In this document: positions 1-8,838 of the stretch, one piece after another
How the letters are laid out: each line of letters opens with the position of its first letter
Position numbering within the stretch: position 1 is the stretch's first letter
Assembly (NCBI GenBank): GCA_900321185.1
Contig: ONVD01000017.1
Coordinates: 1,681 to 25,680, forward strand
Direction: 5' to 3'
Length of the DNA: 24,000 bases
From: an uncultured Eubacteriales bacterium
GTDB lineage: Bacteria; Bacillota; Clostridia; Christensenellales; UBA1242
Notes under the pieces: generated by a model
Told to the model about the DNA's origin: nothing
What the model saw: only the letters and a program-made list of their open reading frames with translations
The model's database searches: none
Translations under genes and position numbers: made by a program

Positions 1-2
1 TA

Positions 3-599
3 AGTAGTGCTTGCGAAGTTATCTTTACATTGTTTAGACGTAAAATACAATTAACCCCGCAATTAGCAAAAAATCTATATTTAGGCATTTATACAGATAC
101 AGGTGGATTTAAGTATTCTAACACAACATCAAAGACTTTTGCTATGCTGTCAATATTAACAAAACAAGATTTTAAAGCGGATGAAGTTGTGCACAATTGT
201 GTTGATTTGGTTAAACGTGATAGTTTTGAGTTAACAAAATGTGCATTTAACTCTGTGAAGTTTTATAGTAATGGACAAATTGCTGTTTCAGTTATTACCA
301 AGCAGGACTTAGACAACAACAAGGTTGACCACGATACATCAAAATTTATGCAATCATATTTGCAAAATATCGAGGGCGTAAAAATCGCCGTCTCTATCAC
401 AGAACGCAAAAAAAACGAATACAATATAAGCTTGCGTACTTCATGTGATAATATTAATGTATCAGCTATTGCAAAGAGGTTTGGCGGTGGCGGACATATA
501 CGTGCAAGCGGTCTAACTCTTAAAGGGGATTACAAAAAAGCGCTTAATGCACTTTTGGTAGAATGTAAAAATAATTTAAAAGGTCAAAATATAGATTGA
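3..599 (+). CDS. nrnA: DHH/DHHA1-family phosphoesterase, C-terminal part (NrnA-like); the 5' end lies outside the window
   Basis: The frame is open from nt 3 to the TGA at 597-599. It has the C-terminal FGGGGHIRASG motif typical of DHHA1 domains. It lies directly upstream of truB and overlaps it, as in Firmicute rbfA-nrnA-truB clusters. Confidence 0.7.
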   Translation, partial: SSACEVIFTLFRRKIQLTPQLAKNLYLGIYTDTGGFKYSNTTSKTFAMLSILTKQDFKADEVVHNCVDLVKRDSFELTKCAFNSVKFYSNGQIAVSVITKQDLDNNKVDHDTSKFMQSYLQNIEGVKIAVSITERKKNEYNISLRTSCDNINVSAIAKRFGGGGHIRASGLTLKGDYKKALNALLVECKNNLKGQNID

Positions 600-1435
600 T
601 TGGTTTTTTAAATATCAACAAACCTACTGGGTTGAGTTCGGCGCAGGTTGTTGCACATATTAAAAGGATGTGTCCTAAAGGTACAAAAATAGGGCACTTG
701 GGTACATTAGACCCAATGGCAAATGGTGTTTTGCCTATTGCAATTGGTAGAGCTACACGATTGTTTGACTTAATGCAAAATAAAAAGAAAGAATATATCG
801 CTATATTCAATTTTGGAAAGACGACTGACTCTTTGGATGCAACAGGGCAATTACTAAAAGTATGTGATAAAATACCTAATTGCGAAGAAATTATGAATAC
901 TCTACCTAGATTTGTAGGCGAAATTTCGCAAATACCGCCAGTATTTAGTGCTAAAAATGTAAATGGCGTTAGGGCTTATCAAATGGCTCGTCAAGGCAAG
1001 CCAGTTAATTTAACTCCTTGCAAAGTAAAAATTTATGCATTCGAACTTTTGGAGCAACTAGATAGTTCCACTTTTAGTTTTAGGATAGAGTGTGGCAGTG
1101 GTACATACATACGCAGTTTGTGTCGTGACTTAGCACTAGCTTTAGGTACAGTGGCAGTTATGACTTCATTAACTCGTACAAAATCAGGTCCTTTTTGTTT
1201 GGAGAATGCACAAAATTTTGATAAACTTGATTTAAGTCAGATGATATCTGTAGAGCAGGCCTTAAACTTTGAAAAAATTGTGTTATCTGATATCGAATTA
1301 AAAACATTATTAGATGGTAAGATTTTGACGCTAGCACAACCCAACGGTGACTATCTTGCATTTAATAATGACAAGTTACAATGTATACTCACGATAAAAG
1401 ATAATTTTGTCAGCAACAAAGTTTGGTTAAGATAA
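596..1435 (+). CDS. truB: tRNA pseudouridine(55) synthase TruB
   Basis: 279 aa. It has the GHLGTLDPMANGVLPIAIG catalytic-Asp motif and the SGTYIRSL motif. The TTG start overlaps the nrnA stop (ATTGA). Confidence 0.9.
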   Translation: MIGFLNINKPTGLSSAQVVAHIKRMCPKGTKIGHLGTLDPMANGVLPIAIGRATRLFDLMQNKKKEYIAIFNFGKTTDSLDATGQLLKVCDKIPNCEEIMNTLPRFVGEISQIPPVFSAKNVNGVRAYQMARQGKPVNLTPCKVKIYAFELLEQLDSSTFSFRIECGSGTYIRSLCRDLALALGTVAVMTSLTRTKSGPFCLENAQNFDKLDLSQMISVEQALNFEKIVLSDIELKTLLDGKILTLAQPNGDYLAFNNDKLQCILTIKDNFVSNKVWLR

Positions 1436-1475
1436 CTTGATTTTTTGACATACACTAAGTAATTGAGGAGAAAAA

Positions 1476-2333
1476 ATGATTAGGTTTGGACCTTCTGGGA
1501 ATAGTGAAAAGTTTTATGAAGATGGCCACAAGTCGTCAGTTGAAGCGCCTTTGTGGCTGAATACCATGGGTTTGAGGGCTTATGAGTATTCTTTTTCGCT
1601 AGGACAATTTTTGTCAGATGAAAAATGTAAAATCATGTATGATGAGGCGCAAAAATATGATATAAAAATAAGCGCTCATGCACCATATTATATCAATTTT
1701 TGTAACACAACAGAACAATCTAAAGAAAACAACAAAAAGTTTTTACTTAATTCTGCACACTGTGTAAAACTGATGGGAGGCAATCATGTAGTCTTTCATA
1801 CTGGTGCACAGATGAAGATGACAAGAGAAGAGGCGTTAAACAATGTAGAACGCAATTTAAAAGATTTTTTGGAAATTTTTGAGTCAAATGCGGAATATGA
1901 TGGGGTATTGTTATGCCCAGAGACAATGGGTAAGTACAGTCAAGTTGGTAATCCAACTGAAGTTTATCATATATGTACTTATTCCAAAAGGTTGGTGCCA
2001 ACGCTTGATTTTGGTCATATTAATTGTCTGATGCAAGGTGGGCTAAAGACAAAACAAGATTACAAGGATATTTTACAACAAGGCATTGACATATTGGGTC
2101 CTGAGCGTATGCAAAACTTTCATATACATTTTGCAAAGATTAAGTTTAACGAAAAAGGCGAAATAGCCCATCAAACACTTAGTGACGTGGATGTTGGTCC
2201 TAATTTTGAGCCTATGATAGAGGCTTTGATTGAAATGGGACTAGAACCAGACATTATCTCAGAATCTAAAGGTACACAAGCTATAGATGCAAAAAAAATG
2301 AATGACTACTATACAAAAATTATTGATTTTTAG
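1476..2333 (+). CDS. Endonuclease IV-like / xylose-isomerase-like TIM-barrel protein
   Basis: 285 aa with a GAGGAG RBS upstream. The spaced motifs HAPYYINF, VFHTG, PETMG and DFGH match the metal-ligand pattern of AP endonuclease family 2 (HAPYLIN, FHPG, ENxAG, DTCH). Confidence 0.6.
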   Translation: MIRFGPSGNSEKFYEDGHKSSVEAPLWLNTMGLRAYEYSFSLGQFLSDEKCKIMYDEAQKYDIKISAHAPYYINFCNTTEQSKENNKKFLLNSAHCVKLMGGNHVVFHTGAQMKMTREEALNNVERNLKDFLEIFESNAEYDGVLLCPETMGKYSQVGNPTEVYHICTYSKRLVPTLDFGHINCLMQGGLKTKQDYKDILQQGIDILGPERMQNFHIHFAKIKFNEKGEIAHQTLSDVDVGPNFEPMIEALIEMGLEPDIISESKGTQAIDAKKMNDYYTKIIDF

Positions 2334-2382
2334 CGTTTTATATGCTAAAATTAAACGATGTTTAATTTAAGGAGAATTTAAA

Positions 2383-2940
2383 ATGATTTCAGCAACAGAA
2401 TTAAGAAAGGGTACTTGTTTTGAATGGGAGGGACAAATTTATTCTGTAATGGATTTTCAACACAACAAACATGGTCGTGGCTCGGCTGTGGTTTGGGTAA
2501 AAATGCGTAATATTCAAACTGGCGCAAGCAAAGAGAATACATTCAATCCAACTGACAAATTTGAACCTGTAAGTTTTGAAGAAAAGGAAATGACCTATCT
2601 ATACAATGATGGTGATATCTATTATTTTATGGATCCAGAGACGTATGAACAATTCCCTTATAACAAATCTTTGGTCGAGGAGGCGTTGCCTTATATGCTT
2701 GAAAACACCAATGTAATTGTTAAGTTTTTTAAGGGTGAAGTGTTCAGTGTTTCACCACAACTATTTGTAGTTTTGGAGGTCAAAAGCACCGAGCCAGGCT
2801 TGCAAGGTGATACCACAAAAGCAAGTTTCAAGCCTGCCGTAATGGAAACTGGTCTTGAGTTGCAAGTTCCTTTGTTTATTAACAACGGTGACAAAATTAA
2901 GATTGATACACGCACGGGAGAATATGTAGAACGTGTGTAA
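2383..2940 (+). CDS. efp: Elongation factor P
   Basis: 185 aa with an AAGGAG RBS. It has a typical EF-P N-terminus and length, and lies upstream of spoIIIAA as in B. subtilis. The loop reads FQHNKHGRGSAVV (Arg32) rather than the usual KPGKG; see findings. Confidence 0.93.
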   Translation: MISATELRKGTCFEWEGQIYSVMDFQHNKHGRGSAVVWVKMRNIQTGASKENTFNPTDKFEPVSFEEKEMTYLYNDGDIYYFMDPETYEQFPYNKSLVEEALPYMLENTNVIVKFFKGEVFSVSPQLFVVLEVKSTEPGLQGDTTKASFKPAVMETGLELQVPLFINNGDKIKIDTRTGEYVERV

Positions 2941-2961
2941 TATTAGTCTAATATTACATTC

Positions 2962-2990
2962 AAAACAGCGTTAAGCTGTTTTTTTATTTT
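2962..2990 (+). terminator. Rho-independent terminator after efp
   Basis: Hairpin AAAACAGC-GTTA-GCTGTTTT followed by a T-run (tttttatttt). Confidence 0.7.
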
Positions 2991-3053
2991 GCTGGTTTGT
3001 TTTGCGTTCTATTTGTCTTTGTAGTTTAATACAATATTCACTAGGAGGTATTT

Positions 3054-3974
3054 ATGTTACAAGATATTTTACCACCTCGCATTATGATGTCTCTAAATGC
3101 AATTAACCTTAAGAATGTTGTCGAGATACGTCTACGTGCCAATAAACCAGTGTCAGTCTATACAACGAAAAGATATTATCTTGGCACCAACAGCTTAACA
3201 TCGTACGAAAAAGAGGCAATTGTTTGTACTGCTAATGAACTTGAGGATGTTGTATTCAGTGCGACCAAACATAGTGTTTATGCACACAATAACGAACTAA
3301 AAGAAGGCTTTTTGACATTAGATAACGGTATGCGGCTGGGTATCGCTGGTGAACTAGTAGTTGACAATGGAGAAGTCAAAACTCTAAAAAATTTTTCATC
3401 AATTAACATTCGCTTTGCAAGAGAAGTAAAAAATTGTAGTTTGAATGCGTTACCTTTTTTGTGTGAAGAGAATAACAAAATATTAAGTACATTAATTATT
3501 TCACCTCCTGGATGTGGCAAGACTACATTTATTCGAGATTTGTGCTACCAAATGTCAATTCGAGACTTGGCAGACAATGTGCTAGTTGTCGATGAGCGAA
3601 ATGAGATAAGTGCAACTGTAAATGGAGTTGCTAGTCTAAATGTAGGTAATAACTCAGATGTTTATTGTGGTTGCACCAAACATTTTGGCATTATCAATGG
3701 CATTAGGACAATGTCACCTAACGTTATAGTGTTAGATGAGATAGCTACTACGCAAGATATGAATGCATTAAATTTTGCAATAGCTAGTGGCGTAAAACTG
3801 ATAGCTACAACACACTCTCTAGATTATCATTCTTTGTTATCTAAGCCTCTGTTTCAAGCCATATTAGATAGAGAAGTCTTTGATAGGTTTGTGGTGTTAT
3901 CACGGTCTAACGGGGTAGGTACTATTGACACAATTTTTAATAATGCTGGAATATGTCTTTATTGTGGTGCTTAG
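3054..3974 (+). CDS. spoIIIAA: Stage III sporulation protein AA (ATPase)
   Basis: 306 aa with Walker A PPGCGKTT and Walker B-like VIVLDEI, and an AGGAGG RBS. It is the first gene of an 8-gene cluster whose sizes and topologies match spoIIIAA-AH. Confidence 0.9.
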   Translation: MLQDILPPRIMMSLNAINLKNVVEIRLRANKPVSVYTTKRYYLGTNSLTSYEKEAIVCTANELEDVVFSATKHSVYAHNNELKEGFLTLDNGMRLGIAGELVVDNGEVKTLKNFSSINIRFAREVKNCSLNALPFLCEENNKILSTLIISPPGCGKTTFIRDLCYQMSIRDLADNVLVVDERNEISATVNGVASLNVGNNSDVYCGCTKHFGIINGIRTMSPNVIVLDEIATTQDMNALNFAIASGVKLIATTHSLDYHSLLSKPLFQAILDREVFDRFVVLSRSNGVGTIDTIFNNAGICLYCGA

Positions 3975-4469
3975 ATGAATATGCTTTTGGCTTTGATTAT
4001 CGGTATCTGCTTCTGTCTATTACTTATGACCTTCTCTTACAAATATTATGCTAGACTGCGCTTCTTTTTGGCAACCGAACGCTGGCTTGGTGGGATGGAA
4101 CTAAATATAAATTTTTTACAAAAAGACGTTTTATCTATTTTGAACGCACAAAAAGAAACACGTTCAATAACTTTTGAGAGTATGTTAAAAAGTTATAAGA
4201 CTTTGTTAAATGACAATGATAAGAAAAAATTTTATGAAAGTATCAAGAATTTAAACTACGTCAATGATGAAGATAAAGAAAGACTGTACGATTATTTTAG
4301 TATGTTAGGGCATTCTGATTGTGATACTCAAACTCAATCTACGCGGGCTTTAGTAGAATATGTTAAGTCAAGAATAATACTATGTAGACAAGAAATTAAT
4401 CAAAAGGCTTTGGTAATCCAAAAATTAAGTATCATATTGGGGCTGGTTGTATTTATTTTACTGGTTTAA
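3975..4469 (+). CDS. spoIIIAB: Stage III sporulation protein AB
   Basis: 164 aa with N- and C-terminal TM helices around a soluble helical core. Its start abuts the spoIIIAA stop. It holds position 2 of the cluster. Confidence 0.8.
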   Translation: MNMLLALIIGICFCLLLMTFSYKYYARLRFFLATERWLGGMELNINFLQKDVLSILNAQKETRSITFESMLKSYKTLLNDNDKKKFYESIKNLNYVNDEDKERLYDYFSMLGHSDCDTQTQSTRALVEYVKSRIILCRQEINQKALVIQKLSIILGLVVFILLV

Positions 4470-4479
4470 TGAGGGAGAC

Positions 4480-4677
4480 ATGGGAGTAGAAATTATTTTT
4501 AAAATAGCAGGTATTGGTATTATTGTCGCAGTTGTGGCTCAAATCTTAAAGCAAGCAGGTAAAGATGAAATTGCCACACTATGTACTTTGGCGGGGTTAA
4601 TAGTGGTTTTGCTTATGGTAATAGATATGATAAGTGAATTATTTAACTCTGTTCAAAACCTATTTTATCTTTATTAA
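4480..4677 (+). CDS. spoIIIAC: Stage III sporulation protein AC
   Basis: A 65-aa two-TM protein (MGVEIIFKIAGIGIIVAVVAQILKQAGK...). The ATG at 4480 is preceded by GAGGGAG (4471-4477), so the ORF-track start at 4447 is probably too early. Confidence 0.85.
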   Translation: MGVEIIFKIAGIGIIVAVVAQILKQAGKDEIATLCTLAGLIVVLLMVIDMISELFNSVQNLFYLY

Positions 4678-4695
4678 AAATTATAGGGTACATAT

Positions 4696-5085
4696 ATGGT
4701 AGAGATATTCAAAGTTTTGAGTATTGCACTAATCTTAATCATAGCAATCTTGATAGTCAAACAGACCAAGCCAGAATTTGCGTCTATTTTGCTGGTTGCT
4801 GGCGGGGTGATAATTTCATTTTTGATTGTGGACATGCTAGAAGATGTCTTTGGCGTGTTTAGTAAAATTTTGGAAGCAACCCATATAGATACAGAATTAT
4901 TTGTCATACTGCTAAAAATTGTAGGGATTGGTTATTTTACAGAATTTGGAGCAAGTATTTGCAATGATAGTGGTAATTCGTCTATTGCGCTAAAACTTCA
5001 ATTGGCAGGTAAGTTAACAATTTTTGTAATGTCAATACCTATAATATCCAAACTGATAGATTTGTTGGTGGAGTTAATAAAATGA
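4696..5085 (+). CDS. spoIIIAD: Stage III sporulation protein AD
   Basis: A 129-aa polytopic membrane protein paralogous in style to AC, at the expected position. Confidence 0.85.
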   Translation: MVEIFKVLSIALILIIAILIVKQTKPEFASILLVAGGVIISFLIVDMLEDVFGVFSKILEATHIDTELFVILLKIVGIGYFTEFGASICNDSGNSSIALKLQLAGKLTIFVMSIPIISKLIDLLVELIK

Positions 5086-6296
5086 AGTGGCAAATAATAT
5101 TTGCTTGTTGCCTCAGTGCTTTTTTGAGTATATCTTTGTTTATTTTTGTTGATGTTGACAGAGATGTGACAGCCTTAGCAGATGAAAGTGAACAAACAAG
5201 TAATGATACCACAGAAAAATTAGAAGACGCGGTTGATGATAGTTTACAGAATATAGATTTTTCTGCATTTGATAAAATATTGGCTGACTTAGAACAAGAT
5301 AAGTTTGATATTTTTGGGACAAGCAGTTTTTTTAATAAAGTTAATCAGATTTTGTCTGGTGATATGGGCGACAATTTTGGGATAATTTTATTAAATATTC
5401 TGAATCTATTTTTTGGTAATGTAGGAAGTTATGTTCCGTTAATTTGTATGGTTGTTGGGATTGCCATATTAGGTAGTTTGGTTACAAACCTAAAATCCGA
5501 AGATAGCCATAACATTGACACAATAGTTAATTTTGACTGTTTTGGTTTGATAGTAGTCATTGTCAGCGCACAATGTGTAAGCCTATTAGATGCGGTGCAA
5601 ACTTGCATTCAATCTCTAAAGGTACAAATGGATGTCATTTTCCCTATATTGCTAACTTTGCTTGCTAGTATTGGTGGCACAGTGTCCGTAGGCATTTTTC
5701 AGACTAGTACTGCTGTGCTATCCAATTTAGTACTGCAAGTGTTTACGCTTGTTGTGATACCATTATTTTTGATTAGTTTTGTATTCAGTATATTAGGCAA
5801 TCTTGTAGAGAGTGTAAAATTATCAAAATTTAACGACTTTATTAATACTCTTTTAAAATGGTTAATTGGAATAATTTTTGGTATATTTAGTACGGTACTA
5901 ACAATACAAGGTATTGTGGTTGGTAGTTATGATGGTATGTCTATTAATGCTACAAAGTTTGCCTTAAAGAGTTATATTCCAGTATTAGGGGGGTATTTAT
6001 CCGAGGGATTTAATTATGCAGTAGCTAGCAGTGTTTTAATCAAAAATTCTATTGGTTTTGCAGGTCTATTGTTATTACTATCTAGTATTATTCCAACGTT
6101 TGTACGTATAGTAGCGTTTGCTATATTTTTAAAATTAGGTAGTGCAATAGTAGAACCTATGGGTATGAGCAAAGTGTCGAACTTTTTAAATCAAACATCA
6201 AGACTTATGTTTTACCTAGTTGGAATACTACTTGCAGTAAGTTTTATGTATGTATTAACATTGGGTCTTCTGATGTGCTTGGCAAATGGTTTTTAA
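5082..6296 (+). CDS. spoIIIAE: Stage III sporulation protein AE
   Basis: 404 aa with an N-terminal signal/TM, an acidic extracytoplasmic segment and then multiple TM helices. It overlaps spoIIIAD by ATGA. Size and position match SpoIIIAE. Confidence 0.85.
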   Translation: MKWQIIFACCLSAFLSISLFIFVDVDRDVTALADESEQTSNDTTEKLEDAVDDSLQNIDFSAFDKILADLEQDKFDIFGTSSFFNKVNQILSGDMGDNFGIILLNILNLFFGNVGSYVPLICMVVGIAILGSLVTNLKSEDSHNIDTIVNFDCFGLIVVIVSAQCVSLLDAVQTCIQSLKVQMDVIFPILLTLLASIGGTVSVGIFQTSTAVLSNLVLQVFTLVVIPLFLISFVFSILGNLVESVKLSKFNDFINTLLKWLIGIIFGIFSTVLTIQGIVVGSYDGMSINATKFALKSYIPVLGGYLSEGFNYAVASSVLIKNSIGFAGLLLLLSSIIPTFVRIVAFAIFLKLGSAIVEPMGMSKVSNFLNQTSRLMFYLVGILLAVSFMYVLTLGLLMCLANGF

Positions 6297-6309
6297 TAAG
6301 GGGTAGTAT

Positions 6310-6798
6310 ATGTCTTACATCTCTTCTTACATGCTATCTATAGTTGGTGTAGTGCTATTGTTTATTGTGATAGAGTTAATTTTACCAAATGGTAAGAGTG
6401 CTAAATATATTCGTTCAATATTGGGTATATTTTTGGTGTTCGTTATAGTTGCACCCTTAGCAAAACTTAAGAATTTGGACTTTAATGCTTTACTATCTGA
6501 AAATAATGTAACATATCAGTTGGACTATGATTATTTGTATCAACTACATTTAAAAGAAGCGCAAGAATTACAACAAAACATAATATTGTTGTTAAAAGAT
6601 AAAGGAATAGAAGGTGCTGAAGTGATAGTGACTATAGAGCAAGAAAGCTTGGATTTGCAGATTAATAAAATTTTTGTCGATTTAAGCGGTGCAGTAATAT
6701 CTAAAAATCAAGAGCATATAATTAATTATACCACACTCAAAACAATAATTAGTGAATATGCGTCTATTGACAAAGATAAGGTGGTTGTAAATGACTAA
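6310..6798 (+). CDS. spoIIIAF: Stage III sporulation protein AF
   Basis: 162 aa with two N-terminal TM helices and a soluble C-terminal domain, at the expected position. Confidence 0.75.
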   Translation: MSYISSYMLSIVGVVLLFIVIELILPNGKSAKYIRSILGIFLVFVIVAPLAKLKNLDFNALLSENNVTYQLDYDYLYQLHLKEAQELQQNIILLLKDKGIEGAEVIVTIEQESLDLQINKIFVDLSGAVISKNQEHIINYTTLKTIISEYASIDKDKVVVND

Positions 6799-7366
6799 GT
6801 TAAGTGCTTTTTTTGAGAAATCTAAACTGCTTAGCAAAATCAAGAATATCAAACACATAGAAGTTTATTTAGTTGTTTTGTTAATTGTGGTAGTTTTGAT
6901 AATTTGGTTTGCTGATTTTGGGGCAGAGACACAAGAGTCTACAAATCAAAGTACAAACACTAGTACAGTCACTCAGTATACAACAGACCTTGAAAATAGA
7001 TTAAGTGCCACATTGTCACAGATTGAGGGTGCAGGTAGCGTAAGTGTAATGATTACGCTTGATGGTTCTTCACAATTGATTTTAGCTTATGATACAGAGA
7101 GTAAAAGTAATACAACAGACAACACAACAGCAAATGGAACTACAACCAAAACTAACAATACGACAGCCAATAGTACGCCTATTATTATCAACAATAACGG
7201 ACAGTCTACGCCACTTGTCTTGAGCGAAATTATGCCAGAAATAAAAGGTGTGGTAGTAGTGTGTGAAGGCGCAAACAATATACGGGTCAAACTTAATATT
7301 CTAGAGGCAGTCGAGGCATTGCTGGGTGTAAGTGGTTCACAGATTGAGATATTTGTTAAAGGTTAG
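6791..7366 (+). CDS. spoIIIAG: Stage III sporulation protein AG
   Basis: 191 aa with one N-terminal TM, a T/N-rich insert and a C-terminal EIKGVVVVCEGA-type motif. It overlaps spoIIIAF by 8 nt. Confidence 0.8.
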   Translation: MTKLSAFFEKSKLLSKIKNIKHIEVYLVVLLIVVVLIIWFADFGAETQESTNQSTNTSTVTQYTTDLENRLSATLSQIEGAGSVSVMITLDGSSQLILAYDTESKSNTTDNTTANGTTTKTNNTTANSTPIIINNNGQSTPLVLSEIMPEIKGVVVVCEGANNIRVKLNILEAVEALLGVSGSQIEIFVKG

Positions 7367-7377
7367 GAGGGGTAAAA

Positions 7378-7875
7378 ATGAAAATAAAATTGGATAGTAA
7401 AAAGAAAAAAATCATAGTTTTAACATCTATGCTTGCTTTGCTAGTTGTGACAGGCTTTTTGAACATAACACTTAATAACAATAATTCTGCAACGATAAAT
7501 GCATCAAACAATGTTGAAAATGTTTCTTCAGAAAACTTTTTTAATAGTTACCGCACCGAAAGAGATACTGCACGCAATCAGGAGTACTTGTATTATCAAG
7601 TGATTTTGGATAGTGCTAATGCTAGCGATAGTGCAAAAGCAAGTGCAGAGACCAGTCTAGCAAAATTAGCTGCTACCAAAGAAAAAGAATTGCTACTAGA
7701 GGGATATATCAAGGCAAAAGGCTTTGATGATGCAGTTGTTTCGTTTACCGAAAATTTTGTAAACGTTATGGTAAGTGCTGACGCTCTGAACGAATCAGAG
7801 GTGGCGCAAATTGTACAAGTAGTCCAAGAGCAGACATCCAAGTCAATTGATAATATCAAAATTATTCCCGTCTAA
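7378..7875 (+). CDS. spoIIIAH: Stage III sporulation protein AH
   Basis: 165 aa with an N-terminal TM anchor and a soluble domain, and a GGAGGGG RBS. It is the last gene of the cluster. Confidence 0.75.
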   Translation: MKIKLDSKKKKIIVLTSMLALLVVTGFLNITLNNNNSATINASNNVENVSSENFFNSYRTERDTARNQEYLYYQVILDSANASDSAKASAETSLAKLAATKEKELLLEGYIKAKGFDDAVVSFTENFVNVMVSADALNESEVAQIVQVVQEQTSKSIDNIKIIPV

Positions 7876-7929
7876 TAGTTGATTAAGTTACTAAATTGTG
7901 TTATACTAAACCCTAGTGGGAGTAACAAA

Positions 7930-8313
7930 ATGAAAAACGATGTTAGTAATATACAAAGCAATGGAAAGACAACTTACAATAAAAATATTTTGTTGTCAAT
8001 TATTAACTTAGCTACAAAAGAGGTTAGTGGTGTCTCTTCAATGTGTACAAATTTTGGCGCTTCGTGGTTTGTTAAGATGTTTTCAAATAATTATTACGAA
8101 GGCGTAAAAGTTTCCAATTCACCTCGAGGATTGGTTATAAATGTATATATCAATGTGTACGCCAATTATGCCGTCAACGATGTGGCATGTCGCGTGCAAG
8201 AAAACATTAAGAGTAGTATTGAGACGATGGCTGATGTGGATACGACAGAAGTTAATGTACATGTTATGGGTGTACAGTTTAATGGAATAGACAAAAATAG
8301 AGCCCCTGCTTAA
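7930..8313 (+). CDS. Asp23/Gls24-family (alkaline shock) protein, YqhY-like
   Basis: About 127 aa from the ATG at 7930, which is preceded by GGGAG. The segment ILLSIINLATKEVSGVSSM is typical of the Asp23 family. It sits between spoIIIAH and nusB, like B. subtilis yqhY. Confidence 0.8.
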   Translation: MKNDVSNIQSNGKTTYNKNILLSIINLATKEVSGVSSMCTNFGASWFVKMFSNNYYEGVKVSNSPRGLVINVYINVYANYAVNDVACRVQENIKSSIETMADVDTTEVNVHVMGVQFNGIDKNRAPA

Positions 8314-8355
8314 GAGTTAGGAAGGGCTTTGTTTTTGTATTGATAAGGAGTAATT

Positions 8356-8838
8356 ATGAATAAATCTGATGAAGTAGCAGAACAAAAATCAAATAAAAAT
8401 GAACGACCAATAACACCTTTACGTAAAACATCAAGGAAGATTTTGTTTCAAATGCTATTTGCGAAAAACTTTGGTGAAAACGAAATGCAGGAACAAAATT
8501 ATAATGAATTGTTACATATTATACTTGAAGAAATGAAATTAAAAGAAACAGATGTCGATACCCAATATATACGCAACTCATTTGATGAAATTGTACCAAA
8601 TATGAATGAGTACAAACAGATGGTTTATTCGCATCTTACTGGTCACAAGCAATTACAAATAAAAGATGTGGACTTGATAATATTAGTGCTTGCAATATAC
8701 GAATTAAAAAAAGGCGAATTGGACCCAAAAATCGTTTTTGATACTGCTATTAAATTAGCGAAAGAATATTCCAACTCAAGTAGTATCAAGTTTATTAATG
8801 GCGTATTGGGTGCATTGGTAAAACAAGAACATGAATAA
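8356..8838 (+). CDS. nusB: Transcription antitermination factor NusB
   Basis: 160 aa. After a roughly 20-aa N-terminal extension comes a typical NusB core (RKILFQMLF... FINGVLG). It lies upstream of xseA and overlaps it. Confidence 0.85.
   Translation: MNKSDEVAEQKSNKNERPITPLRKTSRKILFQMLFAKNFGENEMQEQNYNELLHIILEEMKLKETDVDTQYIRNSFDEIVPNMNEYKQMVYSHLTGHKQLQIKDVDLIILVLAIYELKKGELDPKIVFDTAIKLAKEYSNSSSIKFINGVLGALVKQEHE

Noticed and set aside
2348-2368. Perfect 9-bp inverted repeat AAATTAAAC-GAT-GTTTAATTT just upstream of the efp RBS
   Set aside because: The stem is almost entirely A/T and so has low stability. No T-run follows it and it does not sequester the RBS. It is likely to arise by chance in AT-rich intergenic DNA.
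3007-3035. Sigma-E-like promoter upstream of spoIIIAA (TTCTATT, 14-bp spacer, AATACAAT, versus the kmATATT-14-CATACAnT consensus)
   Set aside because: It is plausible biologically, since spoIIIA is sigma-E dependent in B. subtilis. The match is partial, the region is AT-rich, and I cannot score it against a PWM, so I do not report it as a feature.
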